A stretch of 24,771 nucleotides of DNA, from the IMG/VR virus record IMGVR_UViG_2547132278_000006, one strand, 5' to 3'. A program made the translations under genes and the position numbers. Source of the stretch: a virus. Taxonomy: Duplodnaviria; Heunggongvirae; Uroviricota; Caudoviricetes. Shown here one piece after another: positions 8,929 to 17,398 of this stretch; position 1 is the stretch's first letter, and each line of letters opens with the position of its first letter. Under the pieces are notes generated by a model. It was given only the letters and a program-made list of their open reading frames with translations. It made no database searches and was not told the origin of the DNA.

Positions 8929-9672
8929 TTACCATGTTCCCCATATAGGGTTTTCCAATAATCTCGCCTCCAACGAATTGGCTACTATTGCCGTTTGCAA
9001 CGTTGGTTGGGGATAGTTTGCAAAGTCTGAATACTCATTTTCCTGCGTGACACGTTTATCTGCGGCATGTTTAACACCACTTGCTATGAAATGACGCATG
9101 ATGCCCAACAGCCTCCGACTGTCTGCACTATCGTTTGCTAAAACATGAGGGAGCTGAAGTTCGATTTCTACCATTTCTCCATACTTACCAACAAACTGTA
9201 GTTTGTCCGCACTGTACTTTTTATCCCTCCTTTGGATAAGGAAACCAGTAAAAGCATCACCTGGCGATGCCAAACTATCCACCCGCTTATTGGCAAGTCG
9301 AATAAGGTTCGTGAAAGCCATACAGTGATGCGCACCCATTCCCCCAAAGAACCCTTCGCTATTAATGTTAAGATCTTCAGTTTCATGGGATGCAATAAAC
9401 CCAGGCCCGACGTTGGGAAGATATCCCCCCTCAACAAAAGGATTAATCAGGATCGGCGCAATACATCCAGGTGGTAGTGATTTCAAACTTTGCATCAATG
9501 GCGTCTCGGATATTAGACCAAGCAACGCGGCGAATTGTACTCCGTCAATATTGTTGCTGCCCCACAGAATACGTGGAGCCGCACCATTGGAAGTATGCCC
9601 ATTGATCAGTTTTATCGACTGCATCACTGCAAATACCTGCAAAAACTGCGAGCGACTTAATTTAAACGACAT
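8929..9672 (-). CDS. hypothetical protein (247 aa)
   Basis: Intact ORF between the resolvase and Rad50-like genes; its start overlaps the rad50-like stop by 11 nt; no confident motif. Confidence 0.55.
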   Translation of the reverse strand: MSFKLSRSQFLQVFAVMQSIKLINGHTSNGAAPRILWGSNNIDGVQFAALLGLISETPLMQSLKSLPPGCIAPILINPFVEGGYLPNVGPGFIASHETEDLNINSEGFFGGMGAHHCMAFTNLIRLANKRVDSLASPGDAFTGFLIQRRDKKYSADKLQFVGKYGEMVEIELQLPHVLANDSADSRRLLGIMRHFIASGVKHAADKRVTQENEYSDFANYPQPTLQTAIVANSLEARLLENPIWGTW

Positions 9673-11578
9673 AGCTGCGCCCCTCTTTAACTTCCAGCGT
9701 AATAGTTTCCCGGAACCATGACTTCATCTCTTTATGGGAGATAATCAGCACAGTACCTCGCTCGCGAGCTTTGGACTCCAGAATACCCATGAGGCGTTCA
9801 AGACCGGCTGTATCGAGTGCATCGTCAATTTCGTCGCCGATAAACAAATCGATGTTTTTACTCGCCCGGTTGCTAACCAGATCCTGCAATGCCAAAGAAC
9901 ACGCAATGCGAACCTTCCGCTTCTCACCACCAGAGAGGGTCTGGAACGACTTACTTGAACCTTTCTTCTGCACACTAATGTTGAATTTGTCGCGATACTC
10001 ACCTTTTTTAGTGACATCCATCGTCGACCACTCAGCAGTAATATTCCCGTCAGACAACGTATTGAGATACTCGGCAGTGCGTGTATTCAGGAAAGGCGTA
10101 ACAGACGTCAAAATATGAGAACGCACCCCGGCAGGAGAGTAGACCTGACGAGCTTTTTCCAATAGCAACGTTTGTTCCTGAATAGCCTTCAACTCATCTT
10201 TTAAGGACTTGAAGGTAGACTTACTGGATACCAGGTTATCTTCGTGTCTGGCGATAAGAGCAATAAACGGATTAATCTCTTTTGATATACGATCGACCTC
10301 AGTACGAGCACGAGTCACAAGAGACTCAATAGCAACAACCTCCTTCTCACGATGACGCAAAGATGAGAGTTGTTTCGTAAGCTCTTCAATCCGGGCAATG
10401 ATAGCCGTTACATCAGGTGTCGTTTTAACAAGGGCAGACTCAATGCTTAACGCTTTCTCAAGATTCGTTTTGTGTTTAGCCATTGCCTCTGCAAGTGTCT
10501 TCGCCTGACCAATTTCCTGACGTGCTTGTTCAATGAAATTCTCCTTCACCGTTGATAGATCTTCTTCGCAGTAGGCTTTGCCACAAGTAGGGCATGGTGA
10601 TCCCACTTTAGTACCAACCTCTTCTGCTTTGGTCTTAAAATTACGCGCGCGGTTCATTGCATCAGCCTGACTATTTTCTGTAGCTTTGATGCTTGCCCGA
10701 ATATCAGTTATCGCACCACGAACTTTGAGCAACTTGGCGTCATGTTCTTCTTTTGAGGCTAACTTTTTGCGCTCACTTTCGATTGCCTTCTCGGTATCAC
10801 GGATCTGTTCGGGAAGAGTGCGGATCTCAAGTTCAACTTCCGTTAACTCAACTTCGGCACTGGCCAGCCCAGCCAGGGCATCGTCATAACGTTTAGAACG
10901 CTCTTGCTCCCATGATTCAGAGGAGGCTTTCGCTGACTCAATTTCTGACTGTGTTGCCTCAATGGTCGAGATTGTCGACTCCAATTTGGTTTTAACCACA
11001 TCCATACGTGCGGCAGCTGCATTAGCTCGCTCACGAGCAATAGCGTAGGCGCGTGTCAGTCTGTCAACGCCAGCGGCTTCTTCTACGATGGTTTTGAGGT
11101 TTTTGTCGGACATTCCAGGTAAATCTGGCATAGCTTCTTGGCTCGCATAGATGGAAGCCATGAAAACCTCTTTAGATGCACCGATCAGACGCTCGACGAA
11201 CTCTTGCGTCAGCGCATCTTTGCCTTTCGTCATATCGCCGTCTTCACCACGAACGATAAGCCGATTTTTGAACTCTTTGTGTTTACGGTGACGAATGATC
11301 GCATATCTCTTGCCTTCATCCTCGATGGTTACTGCAACACGACAGTTCTTTTCATGGTCGGTAGACAACACATCGTCACCCTTCACACCATGAGCTGTTT
11401 CGCCATAAAGACACCACATCAGGCTATTCATTAGCGTTGACTTTCCAGAGCCATTACTTGATGCGGAACTATCATCACTATTAACACCCTGAATGAGCAC
11501 TAAACCACGCTGATCTAACTCGACCTCCGCGCTGGCGATAGCCATAAAATTCTCAACCTGGAGCTTTAAAAACTTCAT
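9662..11578 (-). CDS. Rad50/SbcC-like recombination ATPase (T4 gp46-like)
   Basis: Walker A NGSGKSTLMNSL, long coiled-coil region, zinc-hook CPTCG, ABC signature LSGGEKRKV, Walker B/D-loop LFIGDEIDDALD. Confidence 0.85.
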   Translation of the reverse strand: MKFLKLQVENFMAIASAEVELDQRGLVLIQGVNSDDSSASSNGSGKSTLMNSLMWCLYGETAHGVKGDDVLSTDHEKNCRVAVTIEDEGKRYAIIRHRKHKEFKNRLIVRGEDGDMTKGKDALTQEFVERLIGASKEVFMASIYASQEAMPDLPGMSDKNLKTIVEEAAGVDRLTRAYAIARERANAAAARMDVVKTKLESTISTIEATQSEIESAKASSESWEQERSKRYDDALAGLASAEVELTEVELEIRTLPEQIRDTEKAIESERKKLASKEEHDAKLLKVRGAITDIRASIKATENSQADAMNRARNFKTKAEEVGTKVGSPCPTCGKAYCEEDLSTVKENFIEQARQEIGQAKTLAEAMAKHKTNLEKALSIESALVKTTPDVTAIIARIEELTKQLSSLRHREKEVVAIESLVTRARTEVDRISKEINPFIALIARHEDNLVSSKSTFKSLKDELKAIQEQTLLLEKARQVYSPAGVRSHILTSVTPFLNTRTAEYLNTLSDGNITAEWSTMDVTKKGEYRDKFNISVQKKGSSKSFQTLSGGEKRKVRIACSLALQDLVSNRASKNIDLFIGDEIDDALDTAGLERLMGILESKARERGTVLIISHKEMKSWFRETITLEVKEGRSYVV

Positions 11579-11807
11579 ATAACACCTTTGATACCGTGTG
11601 TTAGCTTTTGACCTTCTTTCAATCTGAACTCCGTATGCGCCGGGAAGGATCTGCGCCTCAATACGCCTTTTCTGGTTAACCTTCCAAGATAAAACGCTAC
11701 GGGATTTCCTTGTGGCGGGTAGGGCTTGTGAAACATCACCGTCTGGCCTCGTTCAAGTCTTTTCATCGTGATGGCAAAGTCTCGAAAGCTCCCATAACGA
11801 CTTTGCC

Positions 11808-12893
11808 TCACACAGCCTCCGAACTCTCCGCTTCGGTGAGGATTTCCTGACACAAAATATCCAACTTGCTTAGATCAAATCCGCCGTCAGTATCGTGGAC
11901 AATCTTGCAATAAGCAGATACCGACTCTCCCAGGCTATCGATTTTGCTGGTTTCCGTTGTGCTTGCTGTCCCTTCCATCATTGATGACTTACGGATGAAG
12001 TTGCACACGACACCTTTTGCACCCATTGTTTTGAGGATGTTCTGGTACTTAATGCCTTCTTCATCGTTCTCAATTACGGCGCGGAAACGCACGTAGTTGC
12101 CGCGAATTTGGTCATCGGCAACATAATCTTCCAGGTTAATGAATTTAGGCGCACTGGTTTCGTAGTGACTGAAACTGCCGTCCGGGTTTACGATCATGTA
12201 ACCAGCCAGAGATCCAACATCTCCCCAATTTTGATGGGTCAGCGCACCGACACTGATAACTCCAGGAATGACCTCTTTATGGTTGTGGTAATGCCCACTA
12301 AGCACGAGACGAAAGCCGATATCCTTTAACTCCTGCGCATCGATACCGACGTCAGGCATTGTTGGAATGGCTTTGTTAATGGATGTATGGATAACAACGT
12401 CATGATTATCACCTTCTACGCTCTTACGTAATGCTTTCAGATCGCAGATAAGCTCTGCATGATTGTTACGCCAGCTAATCAGGTGGACAGTCACATCACC
12501 AATTTTTATTGAGTGTGGGCGTTTGCCACATACGATTACCACGCCGATAGAACTCAGCGATGCTGCTGCGTTGGCGCTATATACTGAATCGTTGGTTTCA
12601 AGATCGTGATTACCGGCCAGCATTACTACTGTCAGATCAAGCTCGTTGATAATCCACTTGTACGTTTCAGTTACGTAATGCAAAACAGAAGGGGACACAG
12701 TTCCTCGGACGTGAAATGTATCACCGGCAACCAACATGTACTTACAACCGGCCTTCTTCATGGCGATGGCTGCTTCTTTCGTTGCTTCCAACTGTATTTC
12801 AAGTCTGGAGTTAAGCCCCTCTGCGTTCGTCGTGGAGAACGCATCCCATTTGTGGTAGTGGCAGTCAGAAATGACGCCGTATGGCAAAGTCAT
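11808..12893 (-). CDS. Mre11/SbcD-like nuclease (calcineurin-like phosphoesterase; T4 gp47-like)
   Basis: Phosphoesterase motifs ISDCHYH, AGDTFH, GNHD, GHYH in canonical order; immediately upstream of the Rad50-like gene. Confidence 0.85.
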   Translation of the reverse strand: MTLPYGVISDCHYHKWDAFSTTNAEGLNSRLEIQLEATKEAAIAMKKAGCKYMLVAGDTFHVRGTVSPSVLHYVTETYKWIINELDLTVVMLAGNHDLETNDSVYSANAAASLSSIGVVIVCGKRPHSIKIGDVTVHLISWRNNHAELICDLKALRKSVEGDNHDVVIHTSINKAIPTMPDVGIDAQELKDIGFRLVLSGHYHNHKEVIPGVISVGALTHQNWGDVGSLAGYMIVNPDGSFSHYETSAPKFINLEDYVADDQIRGNYVRFRAVIENDEEGIKYQNILKTMGAKGVVCNFIRKSSMMEGTASTTETSKIDSLGESVSAYCKIVHDTDGGFDLSKLDILCQEILTEAESSEAV

Positions 12894-13147
12894 GTGTTTT
12901 TCCTTTGTGGTTATTTTGATACAAATTTTAAGAGCAATGAGGAGGTAAACAACTATGCATAACGGTATGTTAGGAATGAAACGAGCGTCTTAATATACAA
13001 AATTTATAAGTAAGTATATACCTATTTATTGTGGCGCAACTTTGCTTGTCTGTATGACTAAAAATAAGACAGGATCACTGTAGAACGCTATGAGAGCTAT
13101 TTTGAGGAGGCGTAGATTCTATCTACGCCAATATACGATCTGGAGGG

Positions 13148-13792
13148 TTACAGCGCGTCAGTGGGCTTTTTACGCGCTGCGTTTATGCTTATGACGCCAG
13201 CTTTTGGACGTGGGTCAACAAGGTTAAGCTCTTCTTCGCTGTGGTATTCGAGGTCGAACTCACGTTTTACATGTCTGATGTAGATTGCGGTGAGCAGGCT
13301 ATCTTTGGTCAGAAAGTGTCCGTAGGATTTGCGGATCACTTCTTCTACCTTCTCGATTTTCTCACCACCCATACAGAGATGATTAAACCGGCTGTGTTTC
13401 CGCAACATTTCGTATACTGGGCCTGAGTAAACCTTGTCTACTTTCCCAAAACGGATGATTTTCCCTGTGTCTGCGGATACGAGGCAAATCAGCTTGTCTG
13501 GTGATAAACGATCTCGCCACGTCACACCTGAACGGAGTGTGTTGAAGTAGGGAGCATCCAATCCGATGATCGGTTTACGAAATGCGAGTAATGGAACGTA
13601 CCTGATGCAACTGTTTAAATGAAAATTCACACCAGCCTTATCAAGTTTAATTCTGGTTTCGTAGATCGGGCACTTCGCCGCTATACCGCAGATGTCACAA
13701 AGCAACTTCTGCTTATTCAGGTTGGAATTTGATTCGATAGTGTAGGAGCCGTCTTCAAGACGACGAACCCAGCGCGTGCGTTTTAGATCCAT
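13148..13792 (-). CDS. hypothetical Cys-containing protein, divergent from repA and adjacent to the origin
   Basis: 214-aa ORF with clustered cysteines (LLCDICGIAAKCPIY...NSC); function unknown. Confidence 0.5.
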   Translation of the reverse strand: MDLKRTRWVRRLEDGSYTIESNSNLNKQKLLCDICGIAAKCPIYETRIKLDKAGVNFHLNSCIRYVPLLAFRKPIIGLDAPYFNTLRSGVTWRDRLSPDKLICLVSADTGKIIRFGKVDKVYSGPVYEMLRKHSRFNHLCMGGEKIEKVEEVIRKSYGHFLTKDSLLTAIYIRHVKREFDLEYHSEEELNLVDPRPKAGVISINAARKKPTDAL

Positions 13793-13870
13793 ATGTCATT
13801 TTTCTGTGATTGTTAGCCGAGGCAACGATAACCCACCAGGTGCGCCGAAGGTAGTAAATGCCTGTTTTAA

Positions 13871-13951
13871 TTATTCACATATCCACAGGATAGATCCTAA
13901 TAAAGAGATCCATAGATAGATCCTTATATAGATCAAATAAGATCCCCGATC
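13871..13951. promoter_or_regulatory. oriR-like origin element: tandem DnaA boxes followed by a cluster of six GATC (Dam) sites
   Basis: TTATTCACA (13871-13879) and ATATCCACA (13879-13887) are each 1 mismatch from the DnaA box TTATCCACA. GATC at 13893, 13907, 13919, 13931, 13941 and 13948, i.e. 6 sites in 59 bp within AGATCC-type repeats. Confidence 0.6.
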
Positions 13952-13991
13952 GCTGTAAGCCGCGCCACGCCTGGTCTAAAGTCATGTTCAT

Positions 13992-14093
13992 GTATGCTGT
14001 CAGCGGTAATTGATAGTCTGTCAGCGGTTCACCGTATGCTGCCAACTGTTTTTGGTATTCTGTCAGCGGCAAATCAAGTATGCTGTCAGCGGT
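13992..14093 (+). repeat. origin iterons: 5 direct repeats of a 16-bp unit (GTATGCTGTCAGCGGT) at 21-23 bp spacing
   Basis: Units start at 13992 (perfect), 14013, 14034 (degenerate), 14055 and 14078 (perfect); phased at about 2 helical turns; they end 20 bp before the repA ATG, so they overlap the repA promoter region. Confidence 0.8.
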
Positions 14094-14113
14094 TGAATGA
14101 CAAAGGTGTCCAC

Positions 14114-15208
14114 ATGTCCACAAAAAATAAAAAAGGTAAAAATAACAAAGAAGTAGAAGATAACATCGACAACTTTGAAGAAGGTTCCCTTGAATTGTAC
14201 ACAGGGGAACTTGTCCCTAATAGCAACAATACAGTCCAACCAATTGCGTTGATGCGACTGGGGTTGTTCGTCCCCACGCTTAAGGGAACAAAATACAGTA
14301 AACGTAACAAGCCAAATGAGATCGATGCTTCAAAGGAGCTTGTCCAGCTCGAAGTAGCCCGTTCTGAAGGCTATTCCGATATCAAGATAACCGGTCCTCG
14401 TCTCGACATGGATCATGATTTCAAAACGTGGGTGGGCGTTGTGCGTTCGCTGGCAGAATACGGCGAACCTAACGGTCGTGTCGAGTTAAGCATCACGAAA
14501 TTTGCTAAGTTTTGTGGCTATCCATCGTCACAGATCCGCAAAACACTCCGCGACCGGCTTACAAACAGTCTTTTGAAGATCATGCGTACAACTCTGTCTT
14601 TCCAGAGAACGTATGAAGAAAAGAACGTCGACGGCTCTAACAAGATCTCGCTTCTGATGGTGCACCTCATCAATAGCGTGGACTACAACGAGCAGAAAGA
14701 TACGGTGGTGTTCTATGCAGAACCGAAGCTGGCCGAACTATATCGCTTTGACCATAAGGTTCTTTTGCAGTTAAAGGTTATCAATAAGCTACCACGCAAA
14801 GAAACAGCACAGGCTCTGTACACCTTCATCGAAAGTCTTCCAACCAAGCCTGCGCCGGTATCGCTTGCTCGATTGCGTGCGCGACTCAATTTGAGTAGCA
14901 GGAATGTAAGCTCGCAGAATCAGACTATACGTAACGGCTTAAAAGCTCTCCAAGATTTGGGCTATCTCGAATACAGCGAGATTAAGCGAGGGCGGTCGAT
15001 CTATATCCAGATTCACAGCCGTAATCCAAAACTTAAAGTCGCACCGCCAAAACCTGAAGACATCGAACCCAAAAAACCAGATGAGAAAGCCGGGGAAATT
15101 GATGCTAAACAGAACATTATCAACAAGATAACTGAACTTTCGCAGAATTTGACGCCTGAAAATATCAAGATGATTGAGATCCTTTCCAATAGTCTCAAAC
15201 TGCTTTGA
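14114..15208 (+). CDS. repA: iteron-binding replication initiator (RepA-like), 365 aa
   Basis: The only substantial plus-strand gene; flanked upstream by 5 iterons and downstream by 12. Start taken at ATG 14114 (MSTKNKKGK...); the ORF track's 5' extension to 13994 runs through the iterons. Assignment is mainly contextual (P1/F-type organisation). Confidence 0.7.
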   Translation: MSTKNKKGKNNKEVEDNIDNFEEGSLELYTGELVPNSNNTVQPIALMRLGLFVPTLKGTKYSKRNKPNEIDASKELVQLEVARSEGYSDIKITGPRLDMDHDFKTWVGVVRSLAEYGEPNGRVELSITKFAKFCGYPSSQIRKTLRDRLTNSLLKIMRTTLSFQRTYEEKNVDGSNKISLLMVHLINSVDYNEQKDTVVFYAEPKLAELYRFDHKVLLQLKVINKLPRKETAQALYTFIESLPTKPAPVSLARLRARLNLSSRNVSSQNQTIRNGLKALQDLGYLEYSEIKRGRSIYIQIHSRNPKLKVAPPKPEDIEPKKPDEKAGEIDAKQNIINKITELSQNLTPENIKMIEILSNSLKLL

Positions 15209-15740
15209 TATGCTGTCAGCGGTGAAATGTATGCTATCAGCGGCTATTTTTCTGAAATGTATGCTGTGAACGGTTAAAGATATGCTACCAGCGGTATAGT
15301 GAGATGAACGTATGCTGTGAGCGGTAAATCATCTATCACCACTCAATGCTCTGTCATACCTCCCCAGTGGTTACTAACCTCGAAGAGTGCATTCCATATA
15401 GGTTTGCGCTCACTAACATTCTATTGCTATTGCGCTGATTGCTTGTAGTGAAAGGCATTTATTGCCTGCTGCTCCCTGATAGAACGTATGCTGTCAGCGG
15501 TGTTTTATTGAGGAATTTTTGTTTGGATATGCTATCAGCGGTAATTAATGGTATATGTCAGACCTTCGTATGCTGCCAGCGGTAATTTTGTTCTGGTTAT
15601 ACCCATACCGGTACACATTATTCATGCAATGTCTTAAGTATGCTGCCAGCGGTAAAAAATCGAGTAAAGTATGCTGTGAGCGGTGATATAGACTCTCGAT
15701 ATGCTATCAGCGGTAGTTGATTGTGTATGCTGTCAGCGGT
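15209..15740 (+). repeat. incA-like copy-control array: 12 direct iterons of the same 16-bp unit
   Basis: Units start at 15209, 15230, 15260, 15281, 15311, 15486, 15527, 15568, 15638, 15669, 15699 and 15725, all same orientation; most spacings are about 21, 30-31 or 41 bp (roughly 2, 3 and 4 helical turns), with 26 and 70 bp as exceptions; 0-3 mismatches to consensus; a 160-bp iteron-free spacer at 15327-15485. Confidence 0.8.
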
Positions 15741-15757
15741 GACGACTATGAAATATG

Positions 15758-15780
15758 ACTGCGGAACGAGCCGCAGTCAG
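15758..15780. terminator. stem-loop (GACTGCGG-AACGAG-CCGCAGTC) at the end of the iteron array
   Basis: 8-bp perfect inverted repeat followed on the plus strand by TTTGCATTT; lies between the iterons and the convergent CDS 15788..16000. Confidence 0.35.
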
Positions 15781-15787
15781 TTTGCAT

Positions 15788-16000
15788 TTAGTGTATTTTC
15801 TTTAACAGACCCCAAAGTGTTCCGGCTTTTGTAGTCAGTTTTCCTGTTTCTGGATCGTACATACGCCATTCACGCCGCTGGTGGACGATATACCCATCTT
15901 CACGTTCCAGACGCTCAAGAATGCCAGGCTGCTTGAAACCCTTAGCACGCCAGTAGCCGCTTGTTTTCTCGATTTCCAGACCTGCCAGTGTTAATGCCAT
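15788..16000 (-). CDS. hypothetical small protein (70 aa)
   Basis: ORF whose start overlaps the upstream gene's stop (ATGA at 16000); no motif. Confidence 0.5.
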   Translation of the reverse strand: MALTLAGLEIEKTSGYWRAKGFKQPGILERLEREDGYIVHQRREWRMYDPETGKLTTKAGTLWGLLKKIH

Positions 16001-16335
16001 TACCCAACCTCCTTGCAGTCATCGAAAAGGTAGCTTTGCTGAGAAGCGTGAACGCCATAAAAGCCCTTGTATTTGTTGTATACGAAGTGGTCTTCTCCGA
16101 CGCCGGTTAATTTGCCATTACGATTTGTGAGATATGGGGATGACAACACTCGATCGTCACGCACAATATAGAACTGGTCGCCGCTGTCTACGACCATCGC
16201 TCCATATGGTGCTTTTATGACGTCGGTAAGAGCGCCATTCTTAACGTCGGCTACAGACATTTCACACTGATAAACAGTGGTGTCGGCCACAACGATCGAA
16301 GAAAGAAACAACAGCGCGAATGGGATGGTCTTCAT
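16000..16335 (-). CDS. small secreted protein with N-terminal signal peptide (111 aa)
   Basis: MKTIPFALLFLSSIVVADTT has n/h/c-region character; two Cys (mature N-terminus and C-terminus) could form a disulfide. Confidence 0.6.
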   Translation of the reverse strand: MKTIPFALLFLSSIVVADTTVYQCEMSVADVKNGALTDVIKAPYGAMVVDSGDQFYIVRDDRVLSSPYLTNRNGKLTGVGEDHFVYNKYKGFYGVHASQQSYLFDDCKEVG

Positions 16336-16511
16336 GCTGCCACCTCTTTGATTACATCAAATGCTGAATTAAATACGAGCACGATAGCCAAAGCGTTTAT
16401 GACTACGTCGTGCACCGGGGAAAAGACTTTACGAATGACACCAGTGAAAATGCAGTCGATGACAAAAGCTATTGAAACGATGAGTAACAAGTATTCAATA
16501 AAAATCTTCAT
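16332..16511 (-). CDS. small hydrophobic membrane protein (59 aa), not in the supplied ORF track
   Basis: Hand translation: MKIFIEYLLLIVSIAFVIDCIFTGVIRKVFSPVHDVVINALAIVLVFNSAFDVIKEVAA; two hydrophobic segments; its stop overlaps the next gene's ATG (ATGA at 16332-16335). No obvious SD. Confidence 0.4.
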   Translation of the reverse strand: MKIFIEYLLLIVSIAFVIDCIFTGVIRKVFSPVHDVVINALAIVLVFNSAFDVIKEVAA

Positions 16512-16550
16512 GATAGGTAGATACTAACTTATATAAACTTTACTGTAAAC

Positions 16551-16826
16551 TCACTCAAAAGTGCTGATGCTTAAAATACGCTCAAGATGTTCAGCATCTT
16601 CATTACTGATTTGTTGAGTCTCTTCTACGTACCAACAGTTGCCGTTATGCCAACAAACACCATCATCATCAACCATCACTGAATCAGCGTCATGACCTGT
16701 ATATTCAACAAGAGTACGCTGGATCAGCGTGTCAGTTTCTTCATCGTTAAGGCCATCGACTTTGACCATAAAAAGCGGAAACACGTCATAGACAGTGCTG
16801 GTAACGATTCGAACTAAAACTCTCAT
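16551..16826 (-). CDS. small strongly acidic protein (91 aa)
   Basis: About 18 Asp/Glu against about 5 basic residues; preceded by the conserved ACCACAAAAGGAAAAACAC-ATG initiation cassette. Confidence 0.6.
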   Translation of the reverse strand: MRVLVRIVTSTVYDVFPLFMVKVDGLNDEETDTLIQRTLVEYTGHDADSVMVDDDGVCWHNGNCWYVEETQQISNEDAEHLERILSISTFE

Positions 16827-16881
16827 GTGTTTTTCCTTTTGTGGTTAGTGTTTACTTATTTTGTTAGTTATGAATAGGCGA

Positions 16882-17307
16882 TCAATCTTCTTGGTTAGGG
16901 AAAAACTGTTCAATAACTCTGTCAACGGCTGTGTCTATATGGAGTAGATGCCACACAACCATATCTTTGCTTCCCATGCCTTGTGTGAATATCACGTCAT
17001 ACTTACGCCATGCGCAGTGGAACCAATATGCTGAGTCATCAATTGGTAAATCCTCTCCCGCCTCTTTGAAGTATTTCAGCAGCATTGCCTGCTCTGCCGT
17101 TGGCGTTGGACCTATTTCCTGAGCGTACATACGGATGAATCGCTGCCAGTCTGTCTCGTCGGGGGTTGGATCTGGTGGGGTCATTTCTGCGATAGCGTTT
17201 CGTAGCTGATGCGCCCAATCAGGTTCAGGAAAGCCTTTTGCTACTTCATCATCAATAACATCCAGAGCCACGTTTGCGGCATCGTAGAGTTTCTTAATAA
17301 CTGTCAT
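16882..17307 (-). CDS. hypothetical acidic protein (141 aa)
   Basis: Intact ORF rich in Asp/Glu and Pro; no motif recognised. Confidence 0.55.
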   Translation of the reverse strand: MTVIKKLYDAANVALDVIDDEVAKGFPEPDWAHQLRNAIAEMTPPDPTPDETDWQRFIRMYAQEIGPTPTAEQAMLLKYFKEAGEDLPIDDSAYWFHCAWRKYDVIFTQGMGSKDMVVWHLLHIDTAVDRVIEQFFPNQED

Positions 17308-17356
17308 GTTTTCTTAGCCTTTTAAACAAATTGTTTTCTTAATAAGATAATTGCGA

Positions 17357-17384
17357 TAAAAAAGGCGTCCAACTGGACGCCTGA
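17357..17384 (-). terminator. rho-independent terminator
   Basis: Minus strand: AGGCGTCC-AGTT-GGACGCCT followed by TTTTTTATC; 15 nt downstream of the SPFH gene stop. Confidence 0.6.
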
Positions 17385-17398
17385 ACTTTTAAGGGGAG

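Noticed and set aside
13994-14113. The 40-codon 5' extension of the repA ORF in the track
   Set aside because: The extension runs through the origin iterons; the ATG at 14114 (MSTKNKK...) is taken as the start.
13992-15740. Iteron arrays as a possible CRISPR array
   Set aside because: Repeat units are 16 bp with variable 5-54 bp gaps, flank a rep gene, and no cas genes or leader are present.
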